Positions 43,357 through 54,036 are shown, counted from the stretch's first letter. The stretch: DNA of 64,000 nucleotides from Candidatus Enterousia sp. (GCA_045613785.1 JAZLBQ010000012.1:55364-119363), one strand, 5' to 3'. The notes: generated by a model not told the origin, from the sequence alone. A program made the numbers and translations.

Positions 43357-43384
43357 AAAAATCCCCCGATTTGGGGGCTTTTTT
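43357..43384. terminator. bidirectional terminator
   Basis: AAAAATCCCCC-GATTT-GGGGGCTTTTTT between convergent genes. Confidence 0.7.
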
Positions 43385-45308
43385 AAACATAACTTTTTAA
43401 AGCGATATAAATCTGCCCCAGTTCAGTTTTTATCAACGTGGCAGCAACTTTGTCAGCATTGTCAGTTTGTTGTGTCATTGACAGTATTTTATCGAAACTA
43501 CGCACAAAGTTTGTTGCCTGGCGGCGGAATACGCTATCTGCCTTCATCATATCACGAACTTGTTTTTTGTCAGCAGCTGCCAGCATTTTTGCCAACCACT
43601 TAGAGAATATAGTTTTATCCCCGCTGTGATATTTTTTCCAAACAACATCTGGGATTTCAGCACCAGCGACCCGGGTTAAATCCATAGATTGTTCGTGCAG
43701 TTTTTCAAACATTTTTTCGCTTTGTGCCAAAAAGTCTTGACTGCTTACATGACCAAAAGTTTCCATTGGTGCGGTCTTGATTGCGTCCATTGGTGCAGAA
43801 GCACGTGCGACCATCATCTGTTTATTCAGTGTTTGCATTGTGTTTACAGCCTTGGCATAATCTGACATTAAATCAATCATTTGCTGACGTGAAGTGCCGG
43901 CCAAATCTTCTAATTTTACCGCAGATTCAGAAATAGCGGTTGTAGATTCTGCAACGGTAGATTTCATCAAATTTAGTTTTTCGTTCAAACTGCTGACAAT
44001 CTTTTCCAATGTTTCACTGGTTTCCAAGCTGCCGCGTGATAAATCGGGCAGGGCTGAATAATACCTTTCTATTAAAGCAGACAGTGGTTGCAACTGTGCG
44101 GTAGTATCATTAGACATTTTAATAAGGTTTGCTGACTGACCAGACAATTGTGTGTGGGCGGTATTCATTTCAATCAATGTTTCACGCACGCCTGTTGCCA
44201 TTGCTTTTACAGATTCAGAAAAAGCACTTGCTGCACTGCGAGTATTTTCCAATGTGTTATTTGCATCAACGGAAACGTTTTTCATTTCACTAACAACGCC
44301 ACGTGCAAATTCTTTGATTTCGTTGTTAAAGCGGCTTGTCAAGGTTGCCAATTCGCCTGCAACATTTCTGACAGATGTTTCGGTTGATGTTGCAGTTGCA
44401 ATCATACCCTTGGCGGCCTCGGCTAATTTTTCTGTCTGGCTTTCGATTGCGGATTCTGACAATCTGATATGTCCTGTAATCGTATTGGCGGTATTTGCCA
44501 AAGTGTTCATCTGTGTAGTCAGGTGTTTTTTTGATTGGACGCTAAATGTTTCCAATTTTTTCAAATAGTCGCTTAGCATTCTGTCATTGCGAACCATTGT
44601 TTCTTCATATGTGGATGCAGAATTCTTGATATTGTCAAATCCGCTTGCCACAGATGTCGCAAGCTCAGACAACTTGTTTTGTGTATTTTCTGTTTCGTTT
44701 GAGATTTCACGCATTTGATTAGCGTTATTCTTGAATTCGTTCTGCAAGTGTTCGGACAAGTTTTTGCTGTTTTCAATCCAGGTATCAATTTGGGTTTGTA
44801 TCTGTGTAGCTTTTTCTGTTGTTGCTTCAGAAGTTGTGTCAATTCTTTCCAATAACTCATTGACAGTTCTGTTAAATCTTTCAGTTGAATTTTCTACGTC
44901 ATTCCATGACTGCGAAACAACAATATTGCCAAGACCATCGACAGTATTTTCTAATCTGCCGGACATAGTTGAAATTTTTCGTGTTGCGTCATCGGCCAAT
45001 GCGACCAGCCTATCGTTTTCTTCGCCTAACTTCTTACGCAGTTCTTCTGCTGATGAAATTTGAGCGTTTAGCGTCTCACGCATTGTCTGAAAACTTTGTT
45101 CAATTTTATAAATTTCGTCAGCCAATATAGTATTCAAAACACGCACTGCGTCTGCGACCTTTGCACGTTCTGGTCTTGTCATAATTGATAGCAACGATTC
45201 CATAACTTTTTGTGATTTTCTGGACACAAAGAACAACACGCCCAAGGTAATTGTCAGCAATCCTGCCAGAACACCCCCGGCAATCAAAAACGCCTGTGTG
45301 ATTTCCAT
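43383..45308 (-). CDS. membrane-anchored coiled-coil polar landmark protein (TipN/GPR-like)
   Basis: N-terminal TM, long helical repeats, C-terminal WKKYHSGDKTIF..F..FD..TELGQIY resembling the TipN/GPR C-terminus. Confidence 0.6.
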   Translation of the reverse strand: MEITQAFLIAGGVLAGLLTITLGVLFFVSRKSQKVMESLLSIMTRPERAKVADAVRVLNTILADEIYKIEQSFQTMRETLNAQISSAEELRKKLGEENDRLVALADDATRKISTMSGRLENTVDGLGNIVVSQSWNDVENSTERFNRTVNELLERIDTTSEATTEKATQIQTQIDTWIENSKNLSEHLQNEFKNNANQMREISNETENTQNKLSELATSVASGFDNIKNSASTYEETMVRNDRMLSDYLKKLETFSVQSKKHLTTQMNTLANTANTITGHIRLSESAIESQTEKLAEAAKGMIATATSTETSVRNVAGELATLTSRFNNEIKEFARGVVSEMKNVSVDANNTLENTRSAASAFSESVKAMATGVRETLIEMNTAHTQLSGQSANLIKMSNDTTAQLQPLSALIERYYSALPDLSRGSLETSETLEKIVSSLNEKLNLMKSTVAESTTAISESAVKLEDLAGTSRQQMIDLMSDYAKAVNTMQTLNKQMMVARASAPMDAIKTAPMETFGHVSSQDFLAQSEKMFEKLHEQSMDLTRVAGAEIPDVVWKKYHSGDKTIFSKWLAKMLAAADKKQVRDMMKADSVFRRQATNFVRSFDKILSMTQQTDNADKVAATLIKTELGQIYIALKSYV

Positions 45309-45400
45309 TCCTTTCCCCCTAGATGATAAAAGATTTTATAAAACTTGCAGTTCTAATGAATATATACTAGAATCCTTTCAATAATGCAAGGGCAGAAATC

Positions 45401-48004
45401 GTGAATAAAACTATTTTATCTCCGGAACAAGATAACGCCGCCAATCCAAACGATAATGTCTGGGTTCAGGCAAACGCAGGAACAGGAAAAACCAGCGTTT
45501 TGGTTCAGCGTCTTTTGCGTATTTTGTTCCGCACACCTGATTGTTTATCAACAGGCATTTTATGTTTGACCTATACCAATGCTGGGGCAGGCGAAATGCG
45601 TAATCGTATATTAAAGGCCTTGCGTCAGTGGGCGACTGCAACCGATGCCGATTTGGCGGAATTGCTTGATGGGGTTTCGATACATCGTCCGATAACTGCC
45701 GACGACATTGCACACGCACGTTCGATATTTTTTTATTATATCGATAATCCAGACATATTAAAAATTAAAACCATACACGGATTTTGTGAAGAAATTTTAC
45801 ATCGCTTTCCGGTTGAAGCGGGGCTGTCCCCATCTTGGACACTGGTATCTGATTCTTCACAACGTGTTTTGCTGCAAGATGCTTTTGACAGGCTGATAAA
45901 TTCACCTAATGAAGACAGTCGGGTTCAAGCGGCTTTTGCCCATATTGTCGGTCGTATTTCAGAATATACATTTTCTGACTTGCTTGACGTTCTTAGTGAA
46001 CAGTATAAGTCGTTTTTTGGCATAACAGATACTGATAAATATCGCAAATACTTCATTGAAACGACTTCAAAGTATTTAGAATTAGATAATGTTCCAGATA
46101 TCGAGGTTGAGCCGAGTAATCTAGAGGCTATTATCACTTTCGCCCAGGGAGATGCAAAACCGGCAAAATTCTTAGACAAGATTATCAGTCTTACAAAACA
46201 ATACCTTGAAAATACGATTGATTTTGAAAAATACAAAACTGCATATTTGACCAAGGAAGGAACAAAAAATGTAAATGTTGCAAAACGTCCTTATTTGGTT
46301 GATGAGCAAGATAGGGTTTATGCAATAAATCAATATCAATCAAATCAATTGTTGTTTCAGGACACTGTTGCCTTATTTGATTTGTCTGCCGCTTTTGCAA
46401 ATGAATACCATAAAATAAAACGTGCCGGAAATTTACTAGATTTCGAAGACATGATTTTATATACCAGGAAATTATTCTCGGACAGTGCAACGATGGGCTG
46501 GGTGTTATCACAGCTTGATTATTCTTTGTCGCATATATTGCTGGACGAAGCCCAAGACACATCTCCGCAACAGTGGGATATTTTACGTATGTTGGCTGGT
46601 GATTTTTTTGCGGACGGCAACACTTCAGAAAACGTTCGTTCATTGTTTGTTGTAGGGGACTCTAAGCAATCAATATACGGATTCCAAGGGGCAGATCCTG
46701 CCGCTTTTGCATTTAGTCGTGATGCAATCGCCCAACAAATCCAGCAAAATTTGCGAACACTGTGTGAAATTCCCCTGGCACAGAGTTTTCGTTCCACATT
46801 GTCTGTTCTAAATACTGTTGATAAATTCTTTGCCGACCCAGATGTTATTGCCTTGTCAGACTTTGCAAACAATGCCCACAAGTGCTTTCGGGCAAAAGAC
46901 CCTGGTTTGGTTGAAGTTCACAAATTGGTTGCAAAAATGGAAACAGAAACTACAACCAAAGGATATGTTTCTGACATTGCAGATAAAATCAAATCAATCC
47001 TTGATGCTGGCAAATATCAGGCCAAAGATATAATGGTCTTGGTTCAACGCCGTCATCCATTTGTTGCACCGCTAGTCTATGAATTAAAACGTCGCAATAT
47101 CGATGTTGCTGGCAGCGACAGAATTGTTTTGCCAAATTTTCCAGCCGTCCGTGATTTGTTAAATCTGATACGCTGGTGCTTAAATCCTGCCGACGATTAT
47201 AGTTTATGTTGCGTGTTAAAAAGTCCTATTTTCTATTTGACCGAAGATGATATTTTTAATTTATGCAACGAAAAGAATATTCAAAATTCGCACCGCAAAG
47301 AAACAACAGAATACGTTCCAAAAACCAGTGTCTTTGATGTGCTAAAATCATTATTCCCAGACATACATACACGTCTATGCCAAATACGTTCGCTGTCAAA
47401 ATATGCCGGGCCATATTCATTCTTTACACAAATTTTAAACACGAACAACACCCGTCAAAAGTTTATTTCTGCACTAGGCGATCAGGTTATTGACCCGCTG
47501 GAAGAATTTTTAACAATATGTCTGTCTTACGAAAGAACTCAGCCTGGCACATTACATCATTTTATAAAATGGTTTATCACTGGTGGCAGTGAAATCAAAC
47601 GTGACATGGATGCGTCCAGTGGTGTTCGTATTGTTACAGTCCACGGCAGCAAAGGTCTGGAGGCACGAGTTGTATTTTTAATTGATACCACACGTGTTCC
47701 CCAGTCTGAAAATGTTTTGCCATTGCCGTCAAAAGAATATCCTGTATGGTTATGGTCGCCACATTCCTTGGCCAGTGTTCCACGTGCCACTGCTGCGGAC
47801 GGCCTGATGCGTATTCGCCTGGCAGAATATTACCGGCTTTTATACGTTGCGATGACACGTGCCAGAGACGAATTGTATATATACGGATATACAGCAAATA
47901 AAAACGCCACTGCAAATTCGTGGCACGCTGAATTATGGCGTGTTTTTGCAGGTAAAGATTCATGTATGGATTATATTAGGATTACAAATGAAGACGTTAA
48001 ATGA
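45401..48004 (+). CDS. addA: AddA/UvrD-type helicase without the nuclease domain
   Basis: ANAGTGKT, DEAQDT, VGDSKQSIYGFQGA, TVHGSKGLE, YVAMTRA. Confidence 0.88.
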   Translation: MNKTILSPEQDNAANPNDNVWVQANAGTGKTSVLVQRLLRILFRTPDCLSTGILCLTYTNAGAGEMRNRILKALRQWATATDADLAELLDGVSIHRPITADDIAHARSIFFYYIDNPDILKIKTIHGFCEEILHRFPVEAGLSPSWTLVSDSSQRVLLQDAFDRLINSPNEDSRVQAAFAHIVGRISEYTFSDLLDVLSEQYKSFFGITDTDKYRKYFIETTSKYLELDNVPDIEVEPSNLEAIITFAQGDAKPAKFLDKIISLTKQYLENTIDFEKYKTAYLTKEGTKNVNVAKRPYLVDEQDRVYAINQYQSNQLLFQDTVALFDLSAAFANEYHKIKRAGNLLDFEDMILYTRKLFSDSATMGWVLSQLDYSLSHILLDEAQDTSPQQWDILRMLAGDFFADGNTSENVRSLFVVGDSKQSIYGFQGADPAAFAFSRDAIAQQIQQNLRTLCEIPLAQSFRSTLSVLNTVDKFFADPDVIALSDFANNAHKCFRAKDPGLVEVHKLVAKMETETTTKGYVSDIADKIKSILDAGKYQAKDIMVLVQRRHPFVAPLVYELKRRNIDVAGSDRIVLPNFPAVRDLLNLIRWCLNPADDYSLCCVLKSPIFYLTEDDIFNLCNEKNIQNSHRKETTEYVPKTSVFDVLKSLFPDIHTRLCQIRSLSKYAGPYSFFTQILNTNNTRQKFISALGDQVIDPLEEFLTICLSYERTQPGTLHHFIKWFITGGSEIKRDMDASSGVRIVTVHGSKGLEARVVFLIDTTRVPQSENVLPLPSKEYPVWLWSPHSLASVPRATAADGLMRIRLAEYYRLLYVAMTRARDELYIYGYTANKNATANSWHAELWRVFAGKDSCMDYIRITNEDVK

Positions 48005-48443
48005 TATCTTAGCAGCCCATGACCAAGAAGTCCAAGCAACCACTGCAGGCAGCATTATGCACGAACGTCTGCGTAATGTAGTTATTGACGGCGACACCGT
48101 CACAGGCGACCAGGATTTGATTGAAAAAATCATTGTCAAACCAGAACTTGTGCCGTTTTTTACTGCAACCTCTAAAACAGAAGTCCCAATTGCAGGTATT
48201 CTAGATGGTGATTTTGTCAGCCGTCGTCTAGACCGTATAAAGATTGACGACACAACAAAAGAAATCTGGGTCTTGGATTATAAAACAGATACAGATTCAC
48301 AACGCTTTCACGATAAATATATCGCACAAATCCACGAATATGTTGCATTGCTTCACATGATTTATCCTGGCTATAAAATTCGTGCATATATATTGTGGAC
48401 GCACGATTTTTCACTGGAAAACATCACATTAAAATCAGTATAA
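47988..48443 (+). CDS. stand-alone AddA/RecB-type PD-(D/E)XK nuclease domain
   Basis: GSIMH, TEVPI, RLDRI, LDYKT, QIHEY; own AGGA RBS; 17-nt overlap with the helicase gene. Confidence 0.8.
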   Translation: MKTLNDILAAHDQEVQATTAGSIMHERLRNVVIDGDTVTGDQDLIEKIIVKPELVPFFTATSKTEVPIAGILDGDFVSRRLDRIKIDDTTKEIWVLDYKTDTDSQRFHDKYIAQIHEYVALLHMIYPGYKIRAYILWTHDFSLENITLKSV

Positions 48444-48450
48444 TTCGGCT

Positions 48451-50103
48451 ATGCTAATTGGATTATCTATTTCAAATATTGTATTGATTGAACGCCTAAA
48501 CCTTGAATTTGGGGCGGGGTTAAATGTTTTGACTGGGGAAACAGGTGCTGGTAAAAGTATTTTGCTAGATGCTTTATCTTTGGCACTTGGGGCACGTTCT
48601 GATACAGGACTTGTTCGACATGGTTGTGAATCTGCATCTGTTGTAGCTCAGTTTGACACGATTCCAAACGACGTTCACGAAATACTTTCAGACTATGACA
48701 TTGACTACAGCGACGGACTGATATTGCGTCGCACGCTGTCTGTTGATGGTAAAAGTCGTGCCTGGATAAACGATATTCCTGTTTCCGTCAAGATTTTAAA
48801 AGCTGTCGGCGATGCTTTGGTTGAAATCCACGGCCAGTTTGCAAATCATACGTTATTAAACCAATCAACTCATCGTCCAACATTGGATATGTTTGCTCAA
48901 AAACATATTCCAGGTTTTTATGAAGCTTTGTCTGACACCAGACAAAAATATAATGAATTTCATAACGCACAAAAGCGTCTGACAGAATTACAGGATTTAC
49001 TAGAACGCAGTGCCAGTGAACGTGAATATCTGGAACACAATGTATCTGAATTGCGAAACTTGAATCCACAACCAGGCGAAGAAGAAGACTTGTCAAATCG
49101 TCGTGCTGCATTGATGAACGCAGAAAAAAATGCAGCCATCTTGACCGAGGCTCTACAAGCCCTTGCACCACGTGGCAATTCTTTGGAAAGTCAACTGTAT
49201 GCAGTAGCACACATTCTGCAAAGAATCAAAGGTGATGAAAATCCATATTCTGAACAAATTGATAAATTATATTCTGCTGCAGAAATGGTTGCGGAAATAA
49301 CTCAATCGCTAGAACCAGAAAGCACAGACACAGAAGATGTTGGCACAATCGAAGAACGTTTATTTGCAATTCGTGCAGCCGCACGCAAACATCGTGTTCC
49401 TGCCGATGAATTGCCATCTTTTCTTGAAAAAATGTCACAACAATTAAATACGATTGATAATTCAGATGCGGAACTAAAAAAATTGAAATCAGACGTTTCT
49501 AATTACCGACATGCTTTTGATTTATCGTCGGAAAAATTATCAAAAATGCGTCAATTAGCAGCCGACAAATTGCGTGATTTAATACTTGCTGAACTGCCAG
49601 ATTTGAAACTGGGATCGGCTGATTTTGCGATAGACTTTACTACAACAGCACCTACATCCAATGGCACAGACGACATTACACTTATGATAAAAACAAACCC
49701 AGGTTCACCCTTTGCACCATTGCATCGTGCGGCATCTGGCGGGGAACTGGCTCGTTTAATGTTGGCTATGCGTGTCGTTTTGGCAGGCACAAGTGATTTA
49801 CACACATTTGTGTTTGATGAAATAGACACAGGAATCAGTGGTGCAACCGCCGCCGCAGTGGGCAGTCGTCTAAGCCGCTTGGCAATACAAAACCAAGCAT
49901 TGGTCATAACCCATTCAGCCCAGGTCGCAGGCCACGCCAACCGACATTTCAAAATATCAAAATCTGTTGTTGATGATAAAACAACAACCAGCGTTTGCGA
50001 AATATCATCTGACGACAGAATAAACGAGATAGCTCGCATCATCAGTGGTGATGAAATAACTGCTGAATCAATCACAATGGCAAAAACATTGATAAAGAAT
50101 TAA
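48451..50103 (+). CDS. recN: DNA repair protein RecN
   Basis: TGETGAGKS, EIHGQ, ASGGELAR, FDEIDTGISG. Confidence 0.96.
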   Translation: MLIGLSISNIVLIERLNLEFGAGLNVLTGETGAGKSILLDALSLALGARSDTGLVRHGCESASVVAQFDTIPNDVHEILSDYDIDYSDGLILRRTLSVDGKSRAWINDIPVSVKILKAVGDALVEIHGQFANHTLLNQSTHRPTLDMFAQKHIPGFYEALSDTRQKYNEFHNAQKRLTELQDLLERSASEREYLEHNVSELRNLNPQPGEEEDLSNRRAALMNAEKNAAILTEALQALAPRGNSLESQLYAVAHILQRIKGDENPYSEQIDKLYSAAEMVAEITQSLEPESTDTEDVGTIEERLFAIRAAARKHRVPADELPSFLEKMSQQLNTIDNSDAELKKLKSDVSNYRHAFDLSSEKLSKMRQLAADKLRDLILAELPDLKLGSADFAIDFTTTAPTSNGTDDITLMIKTNPGSPFAPLHRAASGGELARLMLAMRVVLAGTSDLHTFVFDEIDTGISGATAAAVGSRLSRLAIQNQALVITHSAQVAGHANRHFKISKSVVDDKTTTSVCEISSDDRINEIARIISGDEITAESITMAKTLIKN

Positions 50104-50127
50104 AACAAGCCCCATTTGTGGCTTGTT

Positions 50128-51360
50128 TTACAATCTGATAACACCATCAGCAAATTCAATACTTGCTGGCACGCCATCAATTGTCTTGCTGATAATTTTA
50201 TTGTTAGAGTCACGAACAATCGCATATCCACGTGCCAAAACGTTTTTATAACTAAGTGAATTTAGCATTTGTTCCATATGTGCAACAGATTGATTTAATG
50301 TGCAAAGCCTGTTCTGCATAATGTTTGGAAAGGTCGATACAATATCCATTTTCTGATGTGCGTTTGTGATTTTAGCAGTAATTATAAGATTTAATGTCCG
50401 CCCCAAATCGTCCAAACGTTGAGTATGTTCCATCACCAGCTGTTTTGGACTTTTTACAACAATTGATTCAATACGCTGTTTGGCGTTGATCAAGCGTGTT
50501 GTAAAGTTGCCCGACAACCGCACCCACAAATTATCAATTTCCTGGAACAAAGCCAACTTTGTTGGAACAACTGCTTCGGCTGCACCGGTTGGAGTTGGTG
50601 CACGGTGGTCGGCAGCAAAATCAATCAGCATCCAGTCTGGTTCATGTCCAACCCCCGAAATCAAAGGAATCTGACTTGCTGCGGCTGCACGCACGACGAT
50701 TTCTTCGGAAAACGGCAACAAGTCTTCCAAACTTCCACCACCACGTGCAACAATAATTACATCGACATTTTTCATTTTGTTAAAGTATTCGATGCCTGCT
50801 GCAACCTCTGCCGCTGCGGTTGCACCTTGCACAGTTGCAGGGTATAACAACACACGCACAGGAAAGCGTTCACGCAATCTGTTTTGAATGTCTTGAAATG
50901 CTGCACCTGTTGGGCTGGTAACAACACCAATAACTTTTGGAAGTCGGGGCAACGGTTTCTTGCGACTTTCGTCGAACAGTCCTTCTGCTGCCAATTTTCG
51001 TTTGCGTTCTTCCAGCATTTTCAAGATTGCCCCAACGCCTGCCATTTCAATTTCGTTTGCCACAATTTGATAATTGCTGCGTGCTGGATATGTTGTAAAA
51101 CGTCCTGTAATAATCACTTCCAAGCCATCTTCCAGCTTGAACGGAATTGGTGTTCCACGCCAAACGATAACTGAAATTGCCGCCCCAGCGTCCTTGATTG
51201 TCATATAAATATGTCCCGAGGTAGCACGGGTTATTTGCGACAATTCGCCACGAATTTTTATGCGTGGAAAAGCGGTCTCGACAACACCCTTCAGCAATGC
51301 AGACGCATCGCTTACACTAAAAACTTTATCCCCACATACGGCAGGTTCTGGTCTTTGCAT
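50128..51360 (-). CDS. xseA: exodeoxyribonuclease VII large subunit
   Basis: SGHIY, TSPTGAA, ARGGGSLEDL, GVGHE, PTPTGAAE. Confidence 0.96.
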   Translation of the reverse strand: MQRPEPAVCGDKVFSVSDASALLKGVVETAFPRIKIRGELSQITRATSGHIYMTIKDAGAAISVIVWRGTPIPFKLEDGLEVIITGRFTTYPARSNYQIVANEIEMAGVGAILKMLEERKRKLAAEGLFDESRKKPLPRLPKVIGVVTSPTGAAFQDIQNRLRERFPVRVLLYPATVQGATAAAEVAAGIEYFNKMKNVDVIIVARGGGSLEDLLPFSEEIVVRAAAASQIPLISGVGHEPDWMLIDFAADHRAPTPTGAAEAVVPTKLALFQEIDNLWVRLSGNFTTRLINAKQRIESIVVKSPKQLVMEHTQRLDDLGRTLNLIITAKITNAHQKMDIVSTFPNIMQNRLCTLNQSVAHMEQMLNSLSYKNVLARGYAIVRDSNNKIISKTIDGVPASIEFADGVIRL

Positions 51361-51365
51361 TACAA

Positions 51366-51881
51366 TTACTCTTTAGCGTTTATATTGTTTTTAATAATAT
51401 TCATAAAATCCAAACCGATTGCATGCGTAAATCGGACGGCTGTATTTTGTGTGTCTTTGCTGATTTTTATTGGCTGTCCCATATAATATGGGATTTCGGT
51501 TGTATCAGAAAAATACTGATCTTGCGTCAAATCAAACGCCTGACCACTTGGAATATGTTGGATAAAATAATGAGGTCCATATGCCCATATTTCGTTTATA
51601 TACATCAATCGCCATTCTTTTGGTTTGTTCATCAGCGAAACAAATGCAGCGCTAGACGCTTTGCAAAACCCCCAAGAATCGTATGGGAACAAAGTATAGT
51701 CATTACCAATTTCTGGACTAAAAGTTGCACGTTTAACTGCATCAGACTTAAAACTGTCACGAAACAACAGCACAAAATTCTTAGCTTGCATACGTGAAAA
51801 CTTATCAAGCCCCATTGTGTCCAGTTGAGCAATCAATTTTTTTGTTGCGTTTTCAAATAACTGTTCTTTTACTTTATCCAT
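51366..51881 (-). CDS. hypothetical protein with papain/transglutaminase-like Cys-His-Asp pattern (YunG-like)
   Basis: GFCKASS..HYF..FDLTQDQY. Confidence 0.55.
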   Translation of the reverse strand: MDKVKEQLFENATKKLIAQLDTMGLDKFSRMQAKNFVLLFRDSFKSDAVKRATFSPEIGNDYTLFPYDSWGFCKASSAAFVSLMNKPKEWRLMYINEIWAYGPHYFIQHIPSGQAFDLTQDQYFSDTTEIPYYMGQPIKISKDTQNTAVRFTHAIGLDFMNIIKNNINAKE

Positions 51882-51919
51882 AGCAGTCCAAGTATATCAC
51901 AACGACCAATTTTTATCAA

Positions 51920-53041
51920 TTATAATTCAGTCAATGGCCATCTTGGACGTGGTGCAATTGGGGCGCGAACGATGTTTCCTATCGCAAAGTTTTCTAATCC
52001 TGCCCACGCAATCATTGCGCCATTGTCTGTGCACAGATTCATTGGAGGCGCAGCAAAAATCATATTGTTTTTTTCTGCCATTTTTTCCATTGCTGCACGA
52101 ATTGCACTGTTTTTCGCAACACCGCCTGCTACGACCAGTGTTTTTGGTCTGGCGTTACGAACACGTTCATCCTTCATCGCATTATTCAGTCGATTTACAA
52201 TACAATCGACAACCGATGCTTGGAAAGATGCACAAAAATCATTTATATATTCATCTGTCAATGGCTGGTTTGCCTTGTCCAAGAATGTTCGTGCTGCGGT
52301 TTTAATTCCACTAAAAGAAAAATCACAACCTGGTTTGTCGCACAACGGCCGTGGGAATTTAAATGCAGATTTATTACCTAATTGTGCACGTTTATCAACG
52401 ATTGGTCCTCCTGGATAGCCCAAACCTAACATTTTTGCGACTTTATCAAAGGCTTCGCCAGCACTATCATCTAATGTTTGCCCAATCATTTCATATTTTC
52501 CAACATTATGCACCAACAATATCTGACAATGACCACCCGATGCCAACATTAAAAGATATGGAAATTCAACCTGTTTGCCAGATGTTTCTCCGTTTGCCAG
52601 CGTTGCATTTAAGCGTGGAACCAGTGCGTGTCCTTCCAGATGATTGACGGCAACCAATGGTTTGTTTGTTGATTGTGCAATGCCAGTTGCAGCCATCCAT
52701 CCAACTAAAACGCCACCGATAAGTCCTGGACCAGCAGTTGCAGCAATCACATCAATGTCTTCGATTGTCTTACCTGCCTTAATCAATGTTTGTTTAATAA
52801 CTTCATCGATGGCCAAAATATGTGCACGAGCCGCCAATTCTGGCACAACACCACCGTATTTTTGATGTTCTGGAATTTGTGAATAAATAATGTGTGACAA
52901 AATATTTCTGTCGCTATCAACAATTGCCGCCGACGTTTCATCACACGAAGATTCAATCCCCAAACACAGGGTGGGGCGAGTGCTATGTTGCTGGCTATTT
53001 AGATTACCCATATCCATTATAATAATTTTTTCGTCGCTCAT
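51920..53041 (-). CDS. tsaD: t6A threonylcarbamoyltransferase TsaD
   Basis: GIESSCDET, GGVVPELAAR, HLEGH, SGGH, CTDNGAMI. Confidence 0.96.
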   Translation of the reverse strand: MSDEKIIIMDMGNLNSQQHSTRPTLCLGIESSCDETSAAIVDSDRNILSHIIYSQIPEHQKYGGVVPELAARAHILAIDEVIKQTLIKAGKTIEDIDVIAATAGPGLIGGVLVGWMAATGIAQSTNKPLVAVNHLEGHALVPRLNATLANGETSGKQVEFPYLLMLASGGHCQILLVHNVGKYEMIGQTLDDSAGEAFDKVAKMLGLGYPGGPIVDKRAQLGNKSAFKFPRPLCDKPGCDFSFSGIKTAARTFLDKANQPLTDEYINDFCASFQASVVDCIVNRLNNAMKDERVRNARPKTLVVAGGVAKNSAIRAAMEKMAEKNNMIFAAPPMNLCTDNGAMIAWAGLENFAIGNIVRAPIAPRPRWPLTEL

Positions 53042-53730
53042 TTTATTTCAACCAATGTTATTCCCAGATTTATTTTATCTTGCATCCGTTTGTTGATATA
53101 TTCAGCCATATCAACGTCCACAACCTTGCCATGTGTGCTAGACGCATGTCGCAATTTGCCGTTCGGCAACAACAGCCCCATATGCACAACCGCCAAGTCA
53201 GTTCCTATATTATCACGTATTTTTGGGTTGTCAGTAATAAACAACACAATCAAAGTTTTTTCTGGGCAAATATTTTTTGCATATTCATACGGAATATATT
53301 CAATATTTACAATCTCTGGATTTACTTTGACATCAATGTTATGAATTTTTTTGAACCAGGCTTGTTTATCAATCTTTACCCGTCTAATTTTTGTAAAGGC
53401 ATATGAATTACTAACATTTTGAAATAATGTAGCGTTATTACCAAGCCAATCCGTTTCAATAAAATGATTTCGATTGATAAAATCAACTACACCATTTTTA
53501 TACCTAATTGCAGTCAGTTTATCCAGATTACCATCTGCAACAACTGTTTCAACAAACGTCGTGCAATCAAAAGCTTCAAACCGGATAAGTGGGTCGGCAT
53601 CAGGCAACACACCCTCACCCAGTGGGGAATTTTTATATTCTGCACCCAAAAAAGATTGACCGGGAAAATCTGCGACATTCGCACAGCACCCGGTCAACAA
53701 TGCACAACAAACAATTTGTCGAATATTCAT
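53038..53730 (-). CDS. DUF1460 NlpC/P60-related amidase-like lipoprotein
   Basis: FDCTTFVE, RNHF, HMG..HASS; lipobox-like LTGC. Confidence 0.8.
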   Translation of the reverse strand: MNIRQIVCCALLTGCCANVADFPGQSFLGAEYKNSPLGEGVLPDADPLIRFEAFDCTTFVETVVADGNLDKLTAIRYKNGVVDFINRNHFIETDWLGNNATLFQNVSNSYAFTKIRRVKIDKQAWFKKIHNIDVKVNPEIVNIEYIPYEYAKNICPEKTLIVLFITDNPKIRDNIGTDLAVVHMGLLLPNGKLRHASSTHGKVVDVDMAEYINKRMQDKINLGITLVEIK

Positions 53731-54036
53731 TTACAAGTTTTCTTTTAATTGCATACCCGTATGACACAACGACGCTGCATCACGAATTGCCATTTCACCA
53801 CTATCTGGCAGGGTAGCCATTTTATCAATACATTCAACCAAAAGGCTAGTATTCTCATCTGCCCCGACTAAAATCTGTGCTGCTGCCACACGTCTATCCA
53901 AATTAGCAGCCCGCCAATCTTTCAATACACCTGTTTCCAATGTGCTACTGCGTTGTGCAAAAAAGAACACAACGATAACCATAATCAAAACGGCAATTCC
54001 AATAAAGATTTTGAAATATTTCTTTATAAAATTCAT
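53731..54036 (-). CDS. membrane-anchored hypothetical protein
   Basis: N-terminal TM; abuts neighbours. Confidence 0.65.
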   Translation of the reverse strand: MNFIKKYFKIFIGIAVLIMVIVVFFFAQRSSTLETGVLKDWRAANLDRRVAAAQILVGADENTSLLVECIDKMATLPDSGEMAIRDAASLCHTGMQLKENL

